DNA of 64,000 nt, from positions 1 to 64,000 of the forward strand of contig JAQGDQ010000038.1 of the NCBI GenBank assembly GCA_030141605.1, given 5' to 3'. The stretch comes from Tubiluchus corallicola (lineage: Eukaryota; Animalia; Priapulida). The notes beneath the pieces are model-generated. The model was not told where the DNA came from. It saw only the letters and a list, made by a program, of their open reading frames with translations, and did no database searches. The translations under genes and the position numbers were made by a program. Positions 1 to 17,639 of this stretch are shown in pieces (the stretch's first letter is position 1; each line of letters begins with the position of its first letter).

Positions 1-2468
1 CGGCTTGAATAACCGGTTTTCACACAAATTACTAATGGGAGATTTTAATTTACCCAAGGTTGACTAAGTTACTTGGTAATGTAGGGTTAACTATGAATCA
101 GAATTTGTGGAATGTTTCAAAGACTGTGTCTTTTTTCAGCATGTATTTTTTGCAACAAGGCTACGCTCTGTGAACAGCCCCATATTTAGGATTTGGTCTA
201 AACGAATGAGGAAAATCTTGTAAATGATATTGAAAGTCGTCCTACATGCAAATTCAGTGTTCTGGGCATACTACTCATTGTGCTATACCTCAGTTAGAGC
301 TCAACAAAGCAAATTACAACAATATTAGAAGCAACATTGCAAACATTGACTGGGTTGCTGAATTACAGAATAAAAAAGCTGAAGTATCTTTTGTTGCCAT
401 CAGTACCGTCTTAGAAAATTCAATTAAAAGGAATGTACCACTGAAAAAATTCTAAAGATAGAAGAAGGAATATTTGGATGAACAAAGCAGCAACAAATCA
501 GATTAAGAAGAAAAATCACCTATGGAAGCATTATTCAACATCTAAAAGTGTAAATGATTATAGATTGTACGTTTGAGAAAAAAATGTGCTCAAGAACCTC
601 ATGTTTAAATTAGTGAAAAATTTTGAGAAAGACTGATAAGCAATTTGAAAACAAATTCTAAAGGTTTCTGGAATTACGTAACAAGTAAGAACAAGACTGC
701 TAGCCAAATAGGCGTCATTGTACAGGAGAATGATGAAATTTCTGACGATAAAGAAAAGGCTGCGGCCTTTAACTCATACTTTGCCAGTGTTTTTACACAG
801 GAGGATTTAAGTAATATTTCAACTCCAAGTGATCAAGACGTGACAGCTAGTCTCCTTACAGTGGAAATTACTGAGGAGATGGTTATGAAGAAACTGGAAT
901 CACTTAAAGTAGCTAAGGCATCTGGTCCAGACTGATTTTGTCTAAAAATACTTGAAGAAATTGCTAAGGAGTTGGCTGTTCCACATGCCATCCTTCATAA
1001 CAAATCCTTTAACGAGTCGCACTTGCCTCAACCGTGGAAATATGCAACAGTGAAACCTCTACATAAAAAGGTAGCAAGAAATCAGTCACAAATTACAGAC
1101 CAATAAGCTTGACATCGATACTCATAAAACTCTTTGAGTCATTCATACACGATGCTGTAGTCAACCATATGGAATCCAATAATTTATTCAATGCTCAACA
1201 ACATGCGTTCTCTTCTGATAAATCTTGTGTGACTCAGTTGCTGGAGGTTTTAGAAGACTGTACGCATATGTTTGACAATGGATATCCTGTTGATTGTGTT
1301 TACCTAGACTTTCAAAAAACTTTTGACAGTGTACCACACATAAGAGACTACTTATTAAACTAAGAGCTTATGGAATAGGTGGCAAAGTATTATGTTGGAG
1401 AGAAGAATTTCTGTGTAATAGAAGGCAAAAGGTCGTGGTCAATAGTAGTGAGTCAAATTTTCAAGATGTTCTAAGTGGTGTCCCTGAAGGCAGTGTAATT
1501 GGTCCATGCCTTTTTCTTCTGTTCATTAATGACCTGCCAGATCAAATATCTGCGACTGTAAAGCTTTTTGCAGAAGATACAAAAATGTATAGCCCACTAA
1601 ACAGTGATCAAGTCAATAGTTTAATTTCAACAGGATATTAACATTCTTTCCGATTGGTCTAGGATTTGGCAATTAAAATTCACTACAGATAAATGTAAAT
1701 TGTTCCATATGGGTTATAATAGTCCGAAATGCACTTATTCCATGCAAGACAATAAAGGCATAGTAAAATCACTAGTGCTCACAAACTGTGAGAAAGACTT
1801 GGGTGCACTAATTGATGAGGACCTAAAATTTCACAATCATACAAGCTCTGTAGTAAACAAACCCAATAAAATTCTTGGAGCCATCAAACATACATTTACA
1901 TTCATAAGCAGTGAAATGATTGTTCAGATAATCAAAGCTCCTCTTATTAGATCACACCTGGAATGTGCAAATGTTGTTTGGGAACCAAGGTTTATAGGAG
2001 ATGCTCAACTCATAAAAAATGTGCAACGAAGGGCTACCAAGCTGGTTCCATCATCTAGTGACTTGAATTACACGAGAAGACTAAGAAAATTGAGCATTCC
2101 ATCTTTACAATACAGACGCCTACGAAGTGACATGATTCAGGTTTTTAGAATTATCAATAAAATCGATGTTTTGAAAGAGTTATCGTTCTTTTTAAGGAAT
2201 TCAGCATTTACAAGAGGACATCCTTATAAACTCCATAAACCCAGAGCCAGACTAGATGTAAGGAAGTACGCCTTCAACATCCAAGTAGTAAACAGTTGGA
2301 ACAGTCTATGGCATCTAAATCAATCAATGAATTTAAACGAAATTTGGAATATGAGTGAAATCAAAAAAAAATTCTTGTATTATACACACACTAATGCCAG
2401 TAGAGAACAGGCATTACAGGTGATCCAAGGATCTACCTCTAGCCTTAACATTGGATATGGATATGGTA
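1..2468 (+). mobile_element. Decayed CR1-clade non-LTR retrotransposon (LINE) ORF2: end of APE endonuclease, reverse transcriptase and C-terminal region, with multiple stops and frameshifts; runs off the left edge of the window
   Basis: Consecutive ORF fragments carry CR1/L2-type motifs: MGDFNLP (~35), KTNSKGFWNYV, KASGPD, NYRPISLTS, YLDFQKTFDSVPH, SGVPEGSVIGP-LF-LFINDLP, LFAEDTK (degenerate FADD), EKDLG, QRRATKLV, RRLRSDMI, TRGHPYKL, VVNSWNSL. It ends in a short GGATAT tandem tail (~2453-2468). Confidence 0.92.
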
Positions 2469-2601
2469 ATCCATGCTCTGTTCATTCTATACTTAACAAT
2501 ATTTCTCTACAGATGGCGCTCTGCCAGGAACACGTGTAAAGCCTTGTATGATTTTGTGTAAACTTTGTTTTTCTGGAAATTTTCTACAATCAAGTTAATA
2601 A

Positions 2602-5600
2602 ATGGATTATATTAAGTCTATTCCTAGTCATATGGTAATTAATGTAATTTTAAATGAGCTAATGTTAATTAACAAAAATGAAGCTTCAATTTGTTTTTGC
2701 GTAATCCAGAAATTTAAATATATAAACTAAAAACTTACCTGATTTTTGCATATCAGATTATCACATTTAATGTTGCCCTTCGATTTTCGCAAACATGTGC
2801 ACTACGCTTGAAAAATAGTTGTGCTGTTGGAAATTATGTTCAGTTATGACATCGTCAGTAGCTTTGCTCGCCTGCTGTTTACAAACTTTTAAACCTACTA
2901 GTACACGTATTATTTATAATATTAATTTATTATATGATTAATATTATCTTATTATCAGAAACACGTCGGTATTAATATAGCCTAGGTGTTAAAATGTATA
3001 CTATTAGCGTACTTCAATTATTTTCAAAAATTCAAAAAATTTTTGAAAAATTTCAAAATATTTTTCAAAATAAGTTAGAATATGAAAAATCATCGGCAAT
3101 CTTAGAATTCAGGTCCCGCTCGATTTTCGCCGAGCGATCGCCGATTTCGATATGATTACTTTATGACGATTTCAATATGACGATCTGCGCTGCACATACA
3201 ATACGATGATTGATCAGCCCCTGAGTTTCACTTATGATGGAATAAGTTTATGAGTTTTAATAAATATTAGAATATAAAAGTTCATTAAGTTTATCATTTG
3301 CTTTTATAAAAAACAAAAAATTTGCATTTGACCGAATTTTTGATGCACTCAAAATGTGTTTTAACCTGAATAAATAATTAAATTACTACAAACAGTGTTA
3401 AGCATTTTTGTTTCGAGAAGTCTGTTCATGCTGAAATAGCTAAGTAAATTTTCATAATAACAATTATTATTCAGCATTATTATTAATAACTAAGCACGCC
3501 ACAGTTAGATTGTAATTTCCATAGCCGTCATGTTAATAAACATTTCATTTACATGTCTTTGAACTCTTCATACCTAATTTTTAATGCTATGCTCCCAAAT
3601 GATGTTTTTTAGTCTCTCGCATTGTCTGGCACAGCAGGTTGTTTACATTAAATTTCAGTGGAGTGATGGACTGAAAGTATACATAACAAGTAAATTTACA
3701 TAGACGTAGGTGACGGAAAAAACGTTTAACGTTAAAATGCGAATTTTTCCTGTTGAATTTTAGTCAAGGATGGGCTGGATACAAATTAATGTAATTATAT
3801 AGCAAGTTAATTTAGGTTAACAAAGATAATGGGAAAATATGTAAGCTTTTGAGTGGATGCTATTATATTTTTATTTTGCTGCTCAGTTCAGTGGTAAAAA
3901 CAATTAATCCTTTGTTGAAACAAACAGTTGTCTAAGTCAGCGAGCTAACATGTCCATTGAGCAATCAATTAACGTCAGCCTTTGCAAGAGAGTAGAGCTA
4001 CCTATTATTCACTAACAGAACTGTTAGTGTTAATTGCCATGAATACTTGCTTTTCATATTTGATACAACTTGCGTTTTTACCAAACCAGCCCTTTTCAGG
4101 GCTAGGTCCTAATAGGGCCAACAAATATTTCCAAAAGAAAATTTTGATTTGCTATAACATAATAATATAAAAACCACTGAAAAACGTCATTTAATCCAAC
4201 AATTTATTCAGTGAAATGAACTAATGTTTCGAGACAGAATTGCAAACTAATGACGAGTCGACATACATGGCTTTTCGATGAATCTAAAAAATTTTGTCGA
4301 CAATTTCCTGGTAGCTATCAAATCAATAAGCATTTCTACGTGACACTGGGGAGCCTAATGCCCTGCATTTTTTATTGTCATAACTTTAGTTTATTTATAT
4401 ATGTGAGGGGTGTGCAAATTATCTTACTAGCCGGGCCACATTAAACATTCCCGCAATTCCTGTGGGCCACATGCAGTTTGGTCAAGGAGCCAAGTACAGT
4501 AGGACCTAATAACAATTTTTTTTTGCATCCAATTTACGCACATCATCACTACTGCACTACTACACTCAAGAAACTATTTTAGAAGTTATTAAAATTTATA
4601 TTAAAAACCGTATATTTCGTCATGTCCGACAGTGACGTTAAGTGACAACAGTCTTGTAAGGGTTAATGCCATCCGATCTAGAGGAAAAAACTACCCGCAC
4701 TATCTTTGCGATATTGGCGCAGATTTCAGCTGGATCGCGTGGGCCGCACTTTCATTACATTGACAAACCTCTTCGCTGGCCGTACAAGATCTCTCGGCGG
4801 TCCGCAGTTTGCACACCCCTGATATATGTAGTAACCTATATGCCTATAAGTTTTCTGTCAATTGCAGGACTATCAAGGACAACGGAGAGCAGAGCGGATA
4901 TTTCAGATAATAATCGTCCTGTTTGCTGTGAGTTGATAGTGTATTAACCTCATACTTTTGTTTATGCTAATCCATCCCTTTAATTTATTCAAATGTTTAA
5001 GGTTATTTTTAGCTATTCTGTAGTAGAAGCTCATAGATTTGTAAAGTCAAAAAGTTGTCGTTAAAACAAAACGTGTCATTAAGCGAAAAAAGGGTGTCAT
5101 ATATTCAGCATCATTAAAGTAAACTGTCTCTGAAAGGGGCGTCGCTAAGCAAGTACTTATTACACCTCATTTATTGTAGTTACTGTGTTCAGTTGCATGC
5201 AGTCATGCTCAATTTGTTTGAAGGTACTTTTTTACTTCTTGTAAGTTTCAATATCTACAAAAAAATAAGCTGTGATGCTGGATCTAAGTCGAGATAGGGG
5301 ACCGCAGGCAATGTTTACGTTCTTGAGCTGTGGTTTAGTGCAGTACATAAAGAGATCAACACATTAAATTACTATATTTTGATAATCAAGATTGGATTGT
5401 TAAAATTTTTTTAATGCACAATAGAAAAATTGTTTGTGCAGACATGCTAGGATGGGCCGCATTTGTGTTCTCAAGCTTTTGTTAAATGCATTTAATGGAA
5501 GGGCTCAAGACTCCTGAATAACTTGTATGTATGCAAATGCCTCACTTAGATATTAGTGTACTATGAGAAATGTTAAAATAACATTTGCTTAATTTTCAGT

Positions 5601-6068
5601 GCCTCATTAAGTCATTACTATATATTAAATTGCAAGTTTTTCTGCCACATTTTTTTGTATTCTGTGAAAGCCAGGAGTCGGGACCATAACATAAGTGCCT
5701 TATTTATTAGCATACTACTGTAAATAGTAAAATAACATTTGCTTTTATTTTCAGGTTGTTGGCTTCATATGGGGTTACATATGTCAACAGTTCTCTCAGA
5801 CAGTCTATATCTTAGGAGCAGGATTATTGTTTTCCAGTTTGGTAAGCATGAAAAATGCTCAACAACATTTTGATGCAAATGCTGTTTTAAATATTTAAAC
5901 AAATATTTGATCTTCTCGAAAACATTTAAACCGCAATTTAAACAACTAGAATGTGACTGATTGATTAGGTGTAATTACTTTTTTCAGCTAACTTTACCTC
6001 CATGGCCTATGTATAGACTTCACTGTTTGGCATGGCAGAAACCTCGGACACCCGCAAAGGATAAATAG
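2602..6068 (+). CDS. SPCS1: Signal peptidase complex subunit 1 (SPC12), 86 aa; exons 2602-2634, 4868-4927, 5755-5841, 5988-6068
   Basis: Spliced translation MDYIKSIPSHM|DYQGQRRAERIFQIIIVLFA|VVGFIWGYICQQFSQTVYILGAGLLFSSL|LTLPPWPMYRLHCLAWQKPRTPAKDK* has the SPC12 hallmarks (MDY.GQ..AE, two TM segments, LPPWP.Y...L.W). All three introns are GT-AG and phase 0. Confidence 0.95.
4405..4821. mobile_element. hAT-superfamily MITE (417 bp) in SPCS1 intron 1
   Basis: TIRs (g)AGGGGTGTGCAAA and TTTGCACACCCCTG; perfect 8-bp target-site duplication ATATATGT at 4397-4404 and 4822-4829. Confidence 0.9.
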
Positions 6069-7190
6069 ATTTAATAATTTATGTAAAAAAATTAAAGTTT
6101 TAAGCAAGTTAATATTTTTATTAAGGGATGCTACTTTTCTAGAAAGAAAACTTGAGCATTTTTGCTCTAAATTTTGTCATACTCTAGTATTGTAAACTGC
6201 AGCTGAGGTCAAAATGTCAAATAGTCAAAATGTCTCAAGTACAGGCAAGCATTGTAACGATAGATGGAGGCATGTGTATAAATATCACAAAAAAATTGTC
6301 AGACTCACACTATTGACAATTTGCCATAGCTTTCTCTTGCTGTATTTATTTTTCACTTTTTTATTTGTAAGTTTTGGTTATGTATATTTATTGTGACGTG
6401 TAGTGCTACTTATAAAAAAAGGAAAATACCACATTTGCGTCACAGTAAAAACTAAGTGACATTTTTGGCTTATTGATGCTAATTGGTGCACAAGCTCTGT
6501 ATAAATGTCAGTTGTAATGTCTATAATAATTACGTGGCGACAGTTTTTACTCATTTTGTCAATGTTGCAAAGTTAGCAGTTTACATTCCATACCTGTTTA
6601 ACAACATTTAAGAATTAAAGTAATGTGATTCTTTATTACGTGAATTTTTTTTGTTGTATAAAATTTTAGTGAATATTCTTTTAAATATCTTAAGAGATCT
6701 AAATCAGCATTATATTTGCAATGTAGACCTAACTCAATTTAAGCATTTAATATGCTTTTACAGTCAGCTACACTATCAAGCTGTGGAAAATTTTGACTAG
6801 TACCATAAATGAAATAACAATATACCAGACTGATGGTCCACTACACAACCACCTAATTGCTATAAGTATTAATGTAATGACAATTGTATTGTATTCAGGT
6901 AGAGAAAATTATTTGATGAAATAAAACAAGTTAAAAAACATGACACATGCACCATCTCCAATTAAAATGAAGATTGCAGCACAACACCTATATCTTTAAT
7001 CCGTAATAGTTTAAAAAAAATGTACAAGAGTGGAATGTAAACAATTATTACAGCGCCAGTTGCAAAATAATGAGACGAAATCTCAATCTTTCTAGCAAAG
7101 TACTATTATCATGCTATACTAAAACAACTCGAACTATTTTTCAAGGGAATCACTGAACTGACAGTCCACTAGAAATTAGTGGAGTCTTAC

Positions 7191-7390
7191 GCTTTTTCCG
7201 AAAATGATGTTATTGTTGACATCTTAAATTCAAAATGTGGATCAAAAATCTGATTGTCAGTGGATGAAGGGTTCATTCTAATATATTCCTAGAAACGATG
7301 ACCCTTTGCAAACTGGTAGAGCATTATGCTTTTTTGAAAATGATGTTATTGCCACCATCTTGAATTCAAAAGGCTGGATTGAAAATCTAA
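7191..7390. repeat. Diverged direct duplication (about 62-bp core, period about 137 bp), probably a MITE remnant
   Basis: GCTTTTT..GAAAATGATGTTATTG....CATCTT.AATTCAAAA...GGAT..AAAATCT at ~7191 and ~7328. Confidence 0.6.
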
Positions 7391-8573
7391 CTCTGCGAAA
7401 TTTCATTATGATCTTCTGTGAATTCATGGAACCTTAATTTTTTCAATTGGTCATCCCCTAACTACAATAAAACAACATCCAGATGAGTAGCAATTTGAGA
7501 TGAATTTCTGACCAGGAGCTGTCAGAGATTTACAGTTTCCAATAAGGTTTCTATTCCTTGTACCATAAAAGCTTAAAAAGTAACAGAATCGTCTTTTTGA
7601 ACAGTACACTTACGGCAAAATACACTGAACTGATATATTGACTTGGCATGTAAAACTGCACGTTGTGAAGGTCTTTGATTTAGTTAACAGCAGCTTAATT
7701 AAGTAATTTCTGCAAAAATGCCATTTAATCCTGATGTCAGACAAATTGGCACTCTACAACTGCTCTAAACTTCTCATTTGTGCACATGCACAGCTCTATT
7801 AAAACATGTCATTTGCATTAAAGATAAAACACACACACTGGTATAAAAGAATTATTAAAATTTACTGCACCGTTCACAGTTACAATAATATATTAAGATC
7901 AAGACTAGACAAGACAACATCAAAAAGGGAAATATTGTTACACCTCTTCAGGACTTTTCGAAGCATAGAAGCTAAACCTATCTAAATTATGACCTAAATT
8001 AATCTAATTAGTCCATTATATAGCTATTATGCAGGCACCACTACATAACCGTATAATTTCTTCAAAGTATTCAAACTCAATATTCGTCATGTAACAAATA
8101 TTTAACATCACCAATTTTGAATTATGTATAGAATTCTATACTAGTTAGTGCAAGCAACCAGAATGCCATCAGATGCATTAGTAGAAAGACCTGGCACACA
8201 GTTTTTGAGAGAACTGGTGCAAATTTTTATCACATTAGACATTTTCACAAAGTCAGAAATTTGTATCTTTTAAACAACTTGGTGCACACTTTTATCAGTT
8301 TCACACAATATATTATCATTGTGTACTTCTTATTAGAGCATGAAATTCCGAAAATGATGACGATTACGATTTACCCAAGTGAAATTTAAGTAAACGGTTA
8401 TCAAATCTACCTTATTTTACATTCTGCTTTATCAGCTGATAATTACACTTGTACATACTGTTTCATACAAGCATCATGAAATATACCTTAGCAGCACATT
8501 AATTCTTGCCTGAAATACTTGATAGATTTACTAATACACTTCCTAACAAACCTAAAGTGGTAATATACAGTGG

Positions 8574-14531
<5,958 letters not shown>

Positions 14532-15196
14532 AATATTTTCTCATTGACTATAATTCAAAACGGTCGACAGACAGAAAATGACTATTAAATCGCTCGTCGA
14601 ATCCACAATAGTCGATGTGTTACAAACTACTTTAATCGAAAACGTTGGGTGCTTTGATGTTATAAGTGCATAAAAACCTCAAGAACACATAACTTTTATA
14701 GTTTTAACAAAATTTTCACAAGATTTAATGATTTTCATATGACATATTTTCAGCAACATGAGAGATCTTTTATGCTGCTATGATGTACTCCTCGTTTGTA
14801 CATTGTACTTGATCGTGAGCACTGATTGCGACTGTTACGGTCGCGACTAATCGACATGTGAATATTTAAATTTTATGCCTTGCCCTGGGTAGGTCTATAA
14901 TAACTAGTGTGTAACTAATAATTACGCGAATGTTAATTTAAACTATTATTAAAAGACTATCACATAAACAATTATGTAGAAAACTCCTTAAATGCATAGC
15001 GATGAGGAGCAAAAATATTCTACTGCTGTCGAAAACAAAGAAAAAAATTCTTGCTTGATAGATCTGCTTGAATGCAAAGGAGGTAAAGCTAGACGGGTGA
15101 TTTTTGTTCTCGGACCTAAAATAAACGTGAAGTTATTAGTATTGGTACTTTCTGTATTGTTGCAGGCGGTGTGTATGTGAACAAATCAAAGAAGAG

Positions 15197-15231
15197 TATA
15201 TATATATATATATATATATATAATTATATAT
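15197..15231. repeat. (TA)n microsatellite
   Basis: Direct reading of the sequence. Confidence 0.9.
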
Positions 15232-16218
15232 AATAAATACATAATTATTACATTGATTTTACATTGTGATACTTACAGTGGTTACATGAAATGATTATTA
15301 TTAGTAAGTTCATTAGTAAGATGTAAATACATTGGCTTACTACATTATAAAGTGACCTATCCATGTTTTAGTAGGGAAGGCTAATACATGATAGATTACA
15401 ATTAGAAACGTATACTGAATTTTACATGAAAAATATTACGATGTTACGTACTACGTAATCATACCTTTAAACAGTGGCTACGGAATAGCCTCGATAAAGA
15501 GTCTCAATGAGATAACAAGCGGTGGGCTAGCCACTGTGCTAACTCAACTCAATACAGATTGCCGAGATATTAATATACATCATACAAAGCCTGTATGTGG
15601 CGAATAGAACTATAATTATGGTGAAATGGCCTATTGAACGATAATTAAGCAGCACTATAATACGACCTATAGGTTTACTCATTCGTAAAACATAGTTGTG
15701 TGTTCACCTATCAAACGTTTGGTGAGACAAATCCAAGCAACCATGGTTATCATAAAAATAGACATTACGCCTTGAGGAACGCCATACTATCTCACTCTTC
15801 TTGACAACTCCACGAGGGAGCGAGAAAAGCAAGAGAATAAGATAGCAGGTATCGTGGGAAGATACGAGTCAGCTAAATGCATGGAACTCGAGCGATCTGC
15901 CATCTACTGACATTTCAACATTGGCAAAAATATGTCAAAACCAGGATTCAAACAATTGTAATTATAGTGCTGTTCATAAAGGCCTATTTTTATCCCTCAT
16001 TATATAAGTGTAGCAATGACAACTTTTACACGATGCAATGATCTTGAGGTTAAAGTCAAAAGCTTGAATGCCCGAATATTCACAAAGTGACCAAAAATTA
16101 TCTGAATCAGCTCAGTAGGAGGAATGAGAATGACAAAAATATTTTCCCAATTGGGTCCATGATGATGAGTCGTGAGGGGAGAATTACAAGGAATTAGAGG
16201 TACCGATAAAAACAGCAC

Positions 16219-17306
16219 AAAATACACTCAGTGGGAAGCATATCTCTGTCAAAGCCGAACAATCCCAAACTGATTCTTTTGAAAACAAAAACGTAAAACT
16301 AAGATAAACAAGCAAACATACAAAAATCTACTTCTGTACTGATATTATATAGACTAGCAAAAGACTTTGTTCATTAAATACAAATAAAATCAATAATAAT
16401 TTCTTAATTACGAATATTCCACATATTTACTTTCTTTAACCATTAATTTTAACGGTGGTAAAAGATTGACATATATACGTATTTACATACCAAGTCAGTT
16501 TATAAGGCTAGACACATTACTAAGCCAAGGAAATTGTACAGGAAAAAAGGCACAAATGGAAAAATAAGTAAAAATGGCATATGGAAATGACACACTTAGT
16601 AAAATATGAGTTTAGGGTTAGGGTCACTATGGTGGATAATTATTTTGATTATTTTTACCTCTTGAAAGGAAGTTTTGCTTCAACACAGTCTGTTTGTTTG
16701 GTTGTTTTTTGTCTCTTATAACAAGAAAGCCTATCACACAAAAACTACCTAACAGATTTTCACCAAATTTTGTGGAGAAGACGGGTATAGGCTGCGAGAA
16801 CGGGCGTTTTGCGCACGTTCTTTTTTTTCGCAAAACTTGACTGAACACCACACAAAAACTTCGTGAAGGTCGCAGAAGGACTGTTTAGTATTTTTTTTTA
16901 TTATCTCCACCAGGACATTAGGACACGAGTTAATTCCATTTCAAAAAATTATCGCTTAGAAAATTGTGTAACGCCATCTATAACCTTCGTTTATTAATGT
17001 GTATAGCCTTATAAGCCGACTTGGTATGCAAATACGTATATGTCTGTCTGTCTGTTACCACCGCCAAAATTAATGGTTAAAGAAAAGTAGATAAACACTA
17101 TGTGGAATATTCGTGAATTATTGATTATAATTGCATTTTATGAACAAAATATTTTGGGAGTCTTTTGCTAGTCTACATAATACCAGTACAGAAGCACATT
17201 TTTGTATTTTTGCTTGTTCATCTTAGTTTTACGTTTTTGTTTTCAAAAGAATCAGTTTAAGATCGTTCGACTTTGGCAGAGATCTGCTTCCTACTGAGCG
17301 TATTTT
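16219..17306. mobile_element. Foldback / long inverted repeat with arms of about 300 bp (16219-16519 and 16995-17306)
   Basis: For example AAACTGATTCTTTTGAAAACAAAAACGTAAAACTAAGAT versus ATCTTAGTTTTACGTTTTTGTTTTCAAAAGAATCAGTTT; colinear inverted similarity across the arms with scattered mismatches. Confidence 0.9.
16650..16800 (+). mobile_element. Possible degenerate Helentron-associated (HINE/DINE-1-like) fragment in the foldback loop
   Basis: TTTTTACCTC..AAGGAAGTT, then GTCTGTTTGTTTG, then AAAAACTACC..CAGATTTTCACCAAATTT. The layout resembles such elements; recognised from memory only. Confidence 0.35.
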
Positions 17307-17639
17307 AGTTTCACTATGGAAATCAACTGCATGAAAAAAACATAATTTTATTGCCATTTTCCTACTTTTTCCATTTTGTCATTTTTTTCCTGTGTCACTT
17401 GGACGTGAAAACCGCTTGACCTTATTTAACCAGGAAGCATTCCTAGGAAATTAGTGCTTAAAAATAACGATCCGCAAGCTATCACAAGTAAAAATCTGGG
17501 AACTGACATCGATGCTCTGGCTGTACTTCTTGTGCGTTGATTTTAACTCCATATATAATGGTATCAATCCTAAACACTAACTTGAGAATAAGAATAAGAA
17601 ATATAAAGAAAAACGTAACCTATACATTATATTTCGTTT

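Noticed and set aside
1700-2539. 279-aa ORF as a host gene
   Set aside because: It is the C-terminal part of the decayed LINE ORF2 reading through into flanking sequence.
3829-3846. Alternative SPCS1 first exon ATGGGAAAATAT|GTAAGC
   Set aside because: It is phase-compatible, but 2602-2634 (MDYIKSIPSHM) fits the family N-terminus much better.
16611-16623. TTAGGG telomeric repeat
   Set aside because: Only two copies; not evidence of an interstitial telomere.
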